Under the pieces are notes generated by a model. That model was not told the DNA's origin. It searched no databases and saw only the letters and a list, made by a program, of their open reading frames with translations. The position numbers were made by a program, and so were the translations under genes. A DNA stretch of 64,000 nucleotides from NCBI GenBank assembly GCA_045604885.1, contig JAZUOY010000015.1:1424-65423 (forward strand), given 5' to 3'. This DNA is from Candidatus Nanosyncoccus sp. (GTDB lineage Bacteria > Patescibacteriota > Saccharimonadia > Saccharimonadales > Saccharimonadaceae). This document shows, piece by piece, positions 9,705 to 17,979 of the stretch. Position 1 is the stretch's first letter, and each line of letters opens with the position of its first letter.

Positions 9705-10781
9705 TTAGTACCAATGTCCAGATTTAGAAGTGCCATTACAAGTGCCAGTACACCACCAGAAATCAAGGGCTTGTGACCAACCACCATAGCGTCTGGTGAC
9801 GTAATCTGCCATCCACCGGATTTGGGTGACCGGATTAGTCTCCCAGTCGTCCCCCATACTAGACATTTTGCTACCTGGTAGAGCTTGTGGGATGCCATAG
9901 GCACCAGAGTAGCTATTAGTTGCACCAGTACGACAGCCAGATTCGTGATAGATTAGAGTTAGAGCATTACTTAGATCGGCTTCTGATACGCCAGCTTGTC
10001 TTACCCATTCGGCACATGTTTCCCATTCAGGTGGGATGTTAGAGGCAGCTTGCTTAGAGCCGACTTTGGTGATTTTCTCTACTGGAGCTTTTACAATCTC
10101 TTCTGAAATTAATTCGCGAGAGACTTCTACTCCATCTACGAACTGTACGGCATAACGCATTATTTTACGACCAGATTCACCCTCTTGGGTAACCTTTGTT
10201 TCACCTGCTTCTAGAGAAGAATCTTGTTCAGTCTTTTCTGTAAACGGAATGGAAACTTCTGTAGTGATGGTTTCTCCGCTATTGCGAGTGATCTTATAAG
10301 TGGTAGAAATACCTGTCTCTAAGAAATTCTCACTTTCTACCATAGTTATTTCATCACCGTCATAGATGGTGAGGCCAGCGTTTTCCGCAATGGTGCGCGG
10401 ATCATAACTTGCAGTCATTAGATATTTTTTTATTTTTCCATCTATGAGTAAGACTGGTCTGGAACGGTAAATGTTAATATGGAAATTATCCACATTAATG
10501 AGCGTATTACGATCAGGGTCAACAATGTCGGTATCGGATAATGAATAGCCAGCTCTGGTTAGTGCCTCACCAACAGTTACAGCATCAGTTTTGACGGTTA
10601 ATTTTTTATCTTTATCATGAATAGTAACAAAATGAGGCTCAATTAGTCGGTGATCACTTTCGCTATCATCAGCAAAAGTATCATGGGTAACTACTTTCAT
10701 GACAAAAGCAAAAACCATAGCGATGATCGCTATACTAAAAATTATAAGAGACACTCTGGTACGATTGCGTGAAAGTCTCAT
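9705..10781 (-). CDS. RpfB/YabE-like protein (DUF348-like, G5, lytic transglycosylase); probable start 10781
   Basis: N-terminal TM; G5-like TQEGESG...EEIVKAP; HESG catalytic Glu; AYGIPQALPG; adjacent to rsmA as in the rpfB/yabE-ksgA arrangement. Confidence 0.85.
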   Translation of the reverse strand: MRLSRNRTRVSLIIFSIAIIAMVFAFVMKVVTHDTFADDSESDHRLIEPHFVTIHDKDKKLTVKTDAVTVGEALTRAGYSLSDTDIVDPDRNTLINVDNFHINIYRSRPVLLIDGKIKKYLMTASYDPRTIAENAGLTIYDGDEITMVESENFLETGISTTYKITRNSGETITTEVSIPFTEKTEQDSSLEAGETKVTQEGESGRKIMRYAVQFVDGVEVSRELISEEIVKAPVEKITKVGSKQAASNIPPEWETCAEWVRQAGVSEADLSNALTLIYHESGCRTGATNSYSGAYGIPQALPGSKMSSMGDDWETNPVTQIRWMADYVTRRYGGWSQALDFWWCTGTCNGTSKSGHWY

Positions 10782-10884
10782 ACCGTTTAAGTATATCACA
10801 AATGGGCTTTTTTCTCAAATAAACCTTGCAGTATTTAAGCATAAACATTATAATAAAGGTAACAAGTCAAAAGGAAATTTTTTC

Positions 10885-12405
10885 ATGAATCCGGAAGAAG
10901 ATCAAAAAAATCCAACTCAATCACCAGATGCACAGAATACCTCAGACACTTCATCTGAGTTGCCATCTCTTGATCAAGTGGCGGCAGATCTCGTATCTGC
11001 AAGCGCAACGGAGACAACTACTCCTGAAAGTGCGACAACTCCAGAGTCGGTAACATCAACGGTACCAACCGAGCAGGCAGATGTGGCCCAACAGCCTGAA
11101 GAATCGTCAGCTGCTCAATCTAGTGAGATAACTGTTCAGTCAGAGAATAACACGACACAACCAGAAGCCAGTGTGGAGCCAGTTCTTCAGCCAGAATCAA
11201 TCGTCCAACCTGAGTCAGCTACTCAGACGGAGACCACAATCCAGCCAGAAACTCTTGCACAGCCTGATACTCCTACGACTCCGGATGTCGTATCTGATCA
11301 GCCAGCACAAACGACTGAAAGTCCAGCAACAATAGATCAGACTACGCCTAGTGCTGAAGTTGTCTCTCCGGAACCAGAGCAACAAACTTCCTTTGGGGCA
11401 GTGGAAAATCCTGATCTCTCTGGCGTTTCTCCAGTGATGGATACTAATCTTGATGGTAGTCCAGCTGAATCTTCTTCTGATGATAATGATACTTCTACGG
11501 CTAACGATACGGCCTCTACTAACCCCGAGACCAATAATGATGTTACTGACGCTTCTTCAACTGATACAGAAGCGACTACTGATAATGAGTCTCCGTCTGT
11601 TACCTCGGCAAGTTTTATTGGTGATGCGCCTAAGCCGAAGAAACAAGAGACGAATCCAGAAGATGAAGAACCGCTCGTTCCAGCAGAACCCGTTCCTGGA
11701 TCAATCGGCAGCGCCCTAGCTTACTCAGAGACTGCACCTGGTCATTCAGCTCCAGTTGCGAAGAAACAGAAACGAAAACTTTTTGCGAGGTCGTCTGATG
11801 CGTCAGAGGCAAATGCTACTACAAATGGTAAAAAGATCAGCACGAAGACTTTAATCGTCATTATTGCGACATTCGTCCTTGTAGTACTCGTTGTAATTAT
11901 ATTATTCTTTGTCTTTAGCGGGTCATCCAATAAGAATAAGACATCCACCAAGACGGAGCAACCAGTAGTAACGCAGCCTGTGGCATCTAGTCTTATTTGC
12001 GAACGTGATAGTGCAGAGGGGGCAATTTTCACGGATTATCCGGATGCTTTATCGGCAAGTGAGGAGATAATCGTTATGTATAACAATGACGTTTTGGCAA
12101 GCTTTGGTGATAATCTTACACTTTCCTATGAAACTCCTGAATTGGCGACGGCAAAAATGAATGATATTCGCACGAAATATGTAGATGCTTACACTGCCTT
12201 AAAGTTCACTTCTGATCCATTTGAGAGTTCATACAATGCTAAAGGTACGGTCGTTACAACGAACCGCCAAGCAGATGGTGAAGACATTGATGCTACGAGT
12301 GCACGGTTATTGGGCTTTACAGTGCTGAAAGGTGAAGTTTATGATGACATTGATACCCTTCAGGATCAGTATGAAACCGCTGGTTTCGCTTGCTTAACGA
12401 AGTAA
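10885..12405 (+). CDS. Membrane protein with a long acidic low-complexity N-terminus; probable start 10885 (MNPEED)
   Basis: aaggaaa upstream of the ATG; ~330 aa rich in E/T/S/P/Q; one TM helix; folded C-terminal domain. Confidence 0.8.
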   Translation: MNPEEDQKNPTQSPDAQNTSDTSSELPSLDQVAADLVSASATETTTPESATTPESVTSTVPTEQADVAQQPEESSAAQSSEITVQSENNTTQPEASVEPVLQPESIVQPESATQTETTIQPETLAQPDTPTTPDVVSDQPAQTTESPATIDQTTPSAEVVSPEPEQQTSFGAVENPDLSGVSPVMDTNLDGSPAESSSDDNDTSTANDTASTNPETNNDVTDASSTDTEATTDNESPSVTSASFIGDAPKPKKQETNPEDEEPLVPAEPVPGSIGSALAYSETAPGHSAPVAKKQKRKLFARSSDASEANATTNGKKISTKTLIVIIATFVLVVLVVIILFFVFSGSSNKNKTSTKTEQPVVTQPVASSLICERDSAEGAIFTDYPDALSASEEIIVMYNNDVLASFGDNLTLSYETPELATAKMNDIRTKYVDAYTALKFTSDPFESSYNAKGTVVTTNRQADGEDIDATSARLLGFTVLKGEVYDDIDTLQDQYETAGFACLTK

Positions 12406-12424
12406 AATAGGTTAAAATATAGAT

Positions 12425-13849
12425 ATGTCAAATATCTATCTTACCACTGCTATACCTTATGTGAACGGTGCTCCTCATATTGGACACGCCATGGATTATT
12501 TGATTGCAGATGTTTATGCGCGTTACCAAAAAGGGAAGGGTAATCAGGTGCGTTTCCAAGCTGGCACAGATGAGCATGGCAATAAGAATTATAAGAAGGC
12601 AGAAAAGTTAGGTATTCCAGTACAACAATTTGCTGACGAAAATTCTGCGAAATTTCAAGATTTTATCAAGAAGCTGGGAGTAGAAAATACAGATTTTATT
12701 CGTACGACTGATAAAGTGCACGAACAGCGTTGTCAAGAGATCTGGAAATTGTTGAGTGACCATATTTATCGTGATAGTTACGAAGGTTGGTATTGCGAAG
12801 GATGCGAAAGATTTATCACCCAGAAAGAATATGATGATAATCATGGAATTTGTCCGGATCATAACAAGTCGTATGAGAAACTAAAAGAAGATAATTATTA
12901 TCTTAGAATCGCAGATTTTAAAGATCGTATCAAGACTGCAATTGAGTCTAAGGAAATGCAGATACTACCCGATTTTAGAGCGAAGGAGATTTTGCGTTTA
13001 CTAGAGGATAGTCCGGACGTATCTATTTCGCGCCCAGTAGAGCATTTACCGTGGGGCGTGCCAGTTCCAGATGACGATGGACAGGTGATGTATGTTTGGA
13101 TTGACGCGCTTGCGAACTACATTACAGTGTTAGGGTTTCCGGATCAGGATATTTCAGAATATTGGCCAGCAGCAGCACAATTCGTCGGGAAAGATGTTTT
13201 GCGTTTTCATACGATTATTTGGCCAGCAATGCTTCTTGCGTTAGGATTACCGCTTCCAAAAGTTGTATGTTCACATGGTTTTATCTTGGCGGATGGACAG
13301 AAAATGAGCAAAAGTATTGGCAATGTAGTTGACCCGATAGAAGTCTTGGAGAGCAAAGGACTTTCTGCTTTTCGGTATTATTTTTTGCGTCATGCAGATT
13401 CTTTTGCAGACTCTGATTTTACTTGGGAAAAATATAATTCGGCATACAATAATGAGCTTGCTAACGACTTAGGTAATCTCGTTCAGCGGTTGGCGAATTT
13501 ATGTAAGAAGCAAGGTCTACCTGGTCGCCAATATGATGTACGACAAGATCCAGAATACAATGAAATCATGGATGAATTTTATTTTAGTAAGGCGTTTGAT
13601 TATATTTGGGAGAAAATTCAAGGATTAAATCGTCTGATCGACGAGAAGAAACCTTGGGAACTTGCAAAAGACGAGACTCAGCACAATCAATTAGTGCAAA
13701 TCTTAAATAATTTAGCGGATCAGTTACTACAAGTAGCGTACTTGCTACGTCCGTTCTTGCCAGATACGACCAGAGAAATTGAATCTATCTTTACTAGTGC
13801 AAAAATTATTCCGCCAAAGACGCCACTTTTTCCGAAGGCACGCGAATAA
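12425..13849 (+). CDS. metG: Methionine--tRNA ligase (short form)
   Basis: YLTTAIPYVNGAPHIGH, GTDEHG, YVWIDAL, KMSKS motifs. Confidence 0.98.
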   Translation: MSNIYLTTAIPYVNGAPHIGHAMDYLIADVYARYQKGKGNQVRFQAGTDEHGNKNYKKAEKLGIPVQQFADENSAKFQDFIKKLGVENTDFIRTTDKVHEQRCQEIWKLLSDHIYRDSYEGWYCEGCERFITQKEYDDNHGICPDHNKSYEKLKEDNYYLRIADFKDRIKTAIESKEMQILPDFRAKEILRLLEDSPDVSISRPVEHLPWGVPVPDDDGQVMYVWIDALANYITVLGFPDQDISEYWPAAAQFVGKDVLRFHTIIWPAMLLALGLPLPKVVCSHGFILADGQKMSKSIGNVVDPIEVLESKGLSAFRYYFLRHADSFADSDFTWEKYNSAYNNELANDLGNLVQRLANLCKKQGLPGRQYDVRQDPEYNEIMDEFYFSKAFDYIWEKIQGLNRLIDEKKPWELAKDETQHNQLVQILNNLADQLLQVAYLLRPFLPDTTREIESIFTSAKIIPPKTPLFPKARE

Positions 13850-13850
13850 T

Positions 13851-15668
13851 TTATTTTATAAAATACTGTTCACCAGCAGAAAGATCGTAAGTCAATAACT
13901 GATAGGATGACAATGCTGTATTCATAACTGGAGCATCTTCGCCAAAGTAATTATCGCTTAGGATTGGCTCGCTTGTACATATTTCATCTAAGAGATAGAA
14001 AGAAGTCGGTTTGGTTATTTGTAAAGTATTTAGCAGAGTATTTGGTAAACAGTTTGGTGTGGTCGTTGGTAGATTGCCAGAGAAGGTAGTGTAATTGGTA
14101 TAAATAAAATATGGTGTTAAATGAATGAGGTCAGAAACAGATTTATCATCGTTTTCATGAACTTGCATAAATACGCCAGGGCTGTGATCACCATAAAATA
14201 GAACTACCACCTTTTCGTCATAAGATTCAAGTTTCTCTATAAATTCTCCCAGAAATTCATCTGATTTATGGAGACTCATTAAGTAGGTTTCTATGGCATT
14301 TTTTTCTGCTTCATTTTCAGCATTTGTCACTTCATAATTTGGATCGCCGTACTCGTGGGGATTATATGGAGCGTGATTTTGCATAGTGATAAGTGAGATA
14401 AAATCTTTACCTTCTGTTTGCCGCATGTAATCTAGGGTTTCATTATAGGCGGAACGATCATTAATATATTCACTTTCACCTTCTTTTTCGTCATAAGAAA
14501 AATCTTTTTGTTCATGAAAATGATCAAAGCCAAGTTTTGGTAAAACAGTGTCGCGTTTATACATACCGCCGCTGAAAGGGTGGATTGTTGTGGTATTAAA
14601 ACCCTGTTCTTTTAGATAGCTTGCAAGACTTGGCACACGCGAAACATGGGAAAGTAGATTAGTGTAGGGAACTGTACGTAACCAGTAATTCGTTAGTCCG
14701 GTAATCGCTTCGTATTCTATATTAGCTGTTCCGCCTCCGTAATCTGGTGAATACATATATCCACTAAGAGTTTCTTGCTGGATTTTGTGTAGATTCGGTG
14801 TGACGTCACCACCGGTGTAATGATAGTAATCTGCGATGATGGACGGATCATAAAATGATTCATTTAGAATAATAATCAGATTGTAATCTACTTGAGAGGC
14901 TGATGTGAGGTCGTGAATGACAGTAGATTCTTGTGCCGTTAAATTATCGCGAATCGTAGCCAATTCTGCTTTGCTATATCCATCTGGGGCAGTAATAGTG
15001 AGTTTGGCAGTATTATATAAAAAACCGAGAAGGAAACCATTGTCAGCATAATTATCAGTCTGATTCCAATCAGTAAATTTACTACTGAGGAACGGTAACT
15101 CAATTTCTCGTTCTTTACCGTGATGCCGAACAAAATCCGTTGTAACAAGAAAAGCTGATAATGCTATAGCAACAATTGCGATACGTGAAACGATGCGATA
15201 TCTAGGCTCTTTTTGTAACCATTTCGTACTTAACTTGTCTAGCAATATACCTAATATTATTACGAGGATTACAGCGATAATTAAACGCATGATATCAGAA
15301 AAGTCTACGAATTTAGTTAGTGCGCCGGCTTGTGAACTTAGCTGAAAATCTTCTGGTAGAAGCGGAGTGCCACGAAAATTAAATTTAGCAATGTGAATAT
15401 AACCAAAAATTAAGATTAGAGCGGTACTAATGGAAATACTTGTAAAAATCTTTCTAACAATACCATATATAATAGTTAGTAGTGTCAGCATGATTAGAGA
15501 GTTGTACAAGAAAACTTTTGTTCGCGTAAACACAAATTCCCAAGCATCTGAAGTGTCGTTGAGAAAATGACGATATTCTAGTAGCCATGTCAAAAAGAGG
15601 GCAGCAATAACTAGAACGAACATTTTAATGACTATTTGCTTGGTGCGTGGGTTTATTTTACGGCACAT
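13851..15668 (-). CDS. LTA synthase family / membrane sulfatase-fold protein
   Basis: N-terminal TM bundle; NESF, GGGTANIEYE, TMQNHAPY, YGDHSP motifs; start codon uncertain. Confidence 0.88.
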   Translation of the reverse strand: MCRKINPRTKQIVIKMFVLVIAALFLTWLLEYRHFLNDTSDAWEFVFTRTKVFLYNSLIMLTLLTIIYGIVRKIFTSISISTALILIFGYIHIAKFNFRGTPLLPEDFQLSSQAGALTKFVDFSDIMRLIIAVILVIILGILLDKLSTKWLQKEPRYRIVSRIAIVAIALSAFLVTTDFVRHHGKEREIELPFLSSKFTDWNQTDNYADNGFLLGFLYNTAKLTITAPDGYSKAELATIRDNLTAQESTVIHDLTSASQVDYNLIIILNESFYDPSIIADYYHYTGGDVTPNLHKIQQETLSGYMYSPDYGGGTANIEYEAITGLTNYWLRTVPYTNLLSHVSRVPSLASYLKEQGFNTTTIHPFSGGMYKRDTVLPKLGFDHFHEQKDFSYDEKEGESEYINDRSAYNETLDYMRQTEGKDFISLITMQNHAPYNPHEYGDPNYEVTNAENEAEKNAIETYLMSLHKSDEFLGEFIEKLESYDEKVVVLFYGDHSPGVFMQVHENDDKSVSDLIHLTPYFIYTNYTTFSGNLPTTTPNCLPNTLLNTLQITKPTSFYLLDEICTSEPILSDNYFGEDAPVMNTALSSYQLLTYDLSAGEQYFIK

Positions 15669-15733
15669 TATACTCTATATTTTACAAAAAATAGCACCTG
15701 TGAACAAGTGCTATTCAGCGCAAAATCAAAAGT

Positions 15734-16672
15734 TTATTTTTTCGCAATTTCTTTACAGTGACGACATTCGCCGCAGTGATGGCATTCACCAGAAAGGCGA
15801 GAAGAGAAGTCGCCGATGGCAAAGCCGATCACACCTCCCAACATCGGGAAGATGACGTATGTGAGCAGGGCCAAGCAGACATTGCCAAGTACTGCGCCAA
15901 ATGTATCTCCGCTAGTTGGAAGAATTTGATACATTAATGCTGCTGCAGGGTTGAGAATGAAATTATTCTGCAATTGCAAGAAACTTGATGAAATAACGAT
16001 AGTGATGAGTAATGCTACACAGATACCAGTGCCGTAAATTGTTGCAAAGGTAAGAGTGCTTCGCTTGTAAGCTAGTGCACGTACGAAGAAGAATCCTAGC
16101 ATAATTGCGCCAACGAATTCAATCATCGTAACGACCCAGAACTTACCATCTGGAACTTCCGCCATGACTGGTAGTTGTGCACCTGCGTCATCGCCAGCTG
16201 TGTTGATGAAAGCACTAGAAAGTAGATAAGCAAGCCATGCGCCAAGTACCTGAGAAAGGATATAGACGACGCCGCGGATTGCAGAAATGCGGCGGCTAGC
16301 CATCATACCAACGGTAATGATAGGGTTGAGATTTGCTCCAGATAAACCATATACAGCGCCGGTGATTGCAATCATACCAAACATGATATACATTGGCTGA
16401 TAAACACCGAGTAGGAGCAGAACCATCGTCAAGAGCATCGTACCGACGACCTCACCGATGATTGCACCATAGATGCGTGGGGTTTTGAAGATTGTTAAAA
16501 TGTTTTCGTTTGGATCACACTTACGCCCGAAAAATCCTTTCATTGGACTCTCATTCGTAGGGGTTTCCACAACAGACTCTTTAGTCTCTACCGCTTTCGT
16601 AGTAGTAGAAACTGTAGTCTTTGGCCGCGAAGTGGTTTTCTTCGCAGTCTTTTTAGACTTGGTTGTAGCCAT
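15734..16672 (-). CDS. MIP/aquaporin-family channel
   Basis: GEVVGT, SGANLNPI (first NPA variant), LNPAAA; six TM helices. Confidence 0.85.
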   Translation of the reverse strand: MATTKSKKTAKKTTSRPKTTVSTTTKAVETKESVVETPTNESPMKGFFGRKCDPNENILTIFKTPRIYGAIIGEVVGTMLLTMVLLLLGVYQPMYIMFGMIAITGAVYGLSGANLNPIITVGMMASRRISAIRGVVYILSQVLGAWLAYLLSSAFINTAGDDAGAQLPVMAEVPDGKFWVVTMIEFVGAIMLGFFFVRALAYKRSTLTFATIYGTGICVALLITIVISSSFLQLQNNFILNPAAALMYQILPTSGDTFGAVLGNVCLALLTYVIFPMLGGVIGFAIGDFSSRLSGECHHCGECRHCKEIAKK

Positions 16673-16773
16673 TATTCCTCCTTAATTGGTATATGGTTTT
16701 ATTATATCACACTTGTCAATAGGGTGAGAAAAAGTTTACAATATAAAAACCTTTATGCTATAATCAAGACATT

Positions 16774-17001
16774 ATGGGAATTATGGTATCAAAAAACAAT
16801 GAGGAAAACTCGCGTCTGAACGACAGAATTGCGTCTGATCTTCGCGAAAGAGCAAAAGAAACTGACAGAGGACAAGATCCTGATTTAGTAGAGGACTCAG
16901 ATTATGCAAAAGATCTCAAAAAAACTGGGAAATATACCTGGATTTGGATTGTTTTGGTGATTTTAGCAATTATATCTATCGTTGTAATGGTGATGATATA
17001 A
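16774..17001 (+). CDS. Small membrane protein
   Basis: 75 aa with a C-terminal TM helix; TATAAT at 16759-16764. Confidence 0.75.
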   Translation: MGIMVSKNNEENSRLNDRIASDLRERAKETDRGQDPDLVEDSDYAKDLKKTGKYTWIWIVLVILAIISIVVMVMI

Positions 17002-17025
17002 ATCATCTTATGATATAATATATAC

Positions 17026-17967
17026 ATGTCAAATGTAGAAAAAATCAAGGCAGAGATTAAAGCACTGAATGCTGAGTATGCGAAGATTAAAACGATTATG
17101 AAGGAAGAGCGCAAGGCTTTTGGACAAGAATTGAACAAAAGACGTGCGGCATTACAGAAGCAACTTCAGCAAGCATTAGACCAGGAGACTTCAGAAAAAA
17201 TTACTCCAATAGATATTACTGCTCCAGTAGCACCAAATATGGATATCCCTACTTATAAGCGTGGTAGCAAGCATCCATTAATGGCTGAGCTAAATCGTGT
17301 CTTGGATATTTTTTCACGCATGGGTTTTGATATTATGGAAGCACAACAGCTTGATGATGAGTTTCACATGTTTGAATCCCTAAATTTTCCAGAAGGTCAT
17401 CCTGCTCGTGATGGCTATGATACATTCCGTACAGCAGAAGGTTTTATTCCACCTGCTCATACCTCTACTATGCAACATCGTGCGCTAAAGAAATACAAGA
17501 AGAACTTGGAACATGGTGGTCAAATTGCTGTTGTGATCCCCGGACGAGTTTTTCGCAATGAGGATGTTGATGCTACGCACGAGCATACATTTTATCAGTG
17601 CGAGGGGATTTTTGTATCGCGCGATGCGACGATGGGGCAATTACTCGGTACATGGAAAAGTTTTTATGAGGCGTATTATGGGCAAAAATTGAACATTAGA
17701 ACACAACCAGGCTATTTCCCATTTACGGAGCCGTCTGTGGAATTTTTGATTGAAAAGCCTAAATCTTTAGGCGGTGATGGTTGGCTGGAAATGGGTGGCT
17801 GTGGCATGGTACATCCAAATGTACTAAAAATGGCAGGAATTGACCCCACGATTTATAAGGGTTTTGCTTGGGGTGGTGGAATCGATCGTCTCGTGATGCT
17901 GAAATACGGGATAAGCGATGTACGCTATTTTGAATCTGGTAAGTTGGATTTTCTGAAGGAATTTTAG
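17026..17967 (+). CDS. pheS: Phenylalanine--tRNA ligase alpha subunit
   Basis: GSKHP, HPARD, HTSTMQ, GRVFR, FPFTEPS, FAWGGGIDRL motifs. Confidence 0.98.
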   Translation: MSNVEKIKAEIKALNAEYAKIKTIMKEERKAFGQELNKRRAALQKQLQQALDQETSEKITPIDITAPVAPNMDIPTYKRGSKHPLMAELNRVLDIFSRMGFDIMEAQQLDDEFHMFESLNFPEGHPARDGYDTFRTAEGFIPPAHTSTMQHRALKKYKKNLEHGGQIAVVIPGRVFRNEDVDATHEHTFYQCEGIFVSRDATMGQLLGTWKSFYEAYYGQKLNIRTQPGYFPFTEPSVEFLIEKPKSLGGDGWLEMGGCGMVHPNVLKMAGIDPTIYKGFAWGGGIDRLVMLKYGISDVRYFESGKLDFLKEF

Positions 17968-17979
17968 GGAAGGAAAAGT

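Noticed and set aside
10699-10884. N-terminal extension of the 568-aa ORF
   Set aside because: It overlaps the divergent rpfB-like gene and promoter region; the RBS-like signal and composition shift point to ATG 10885
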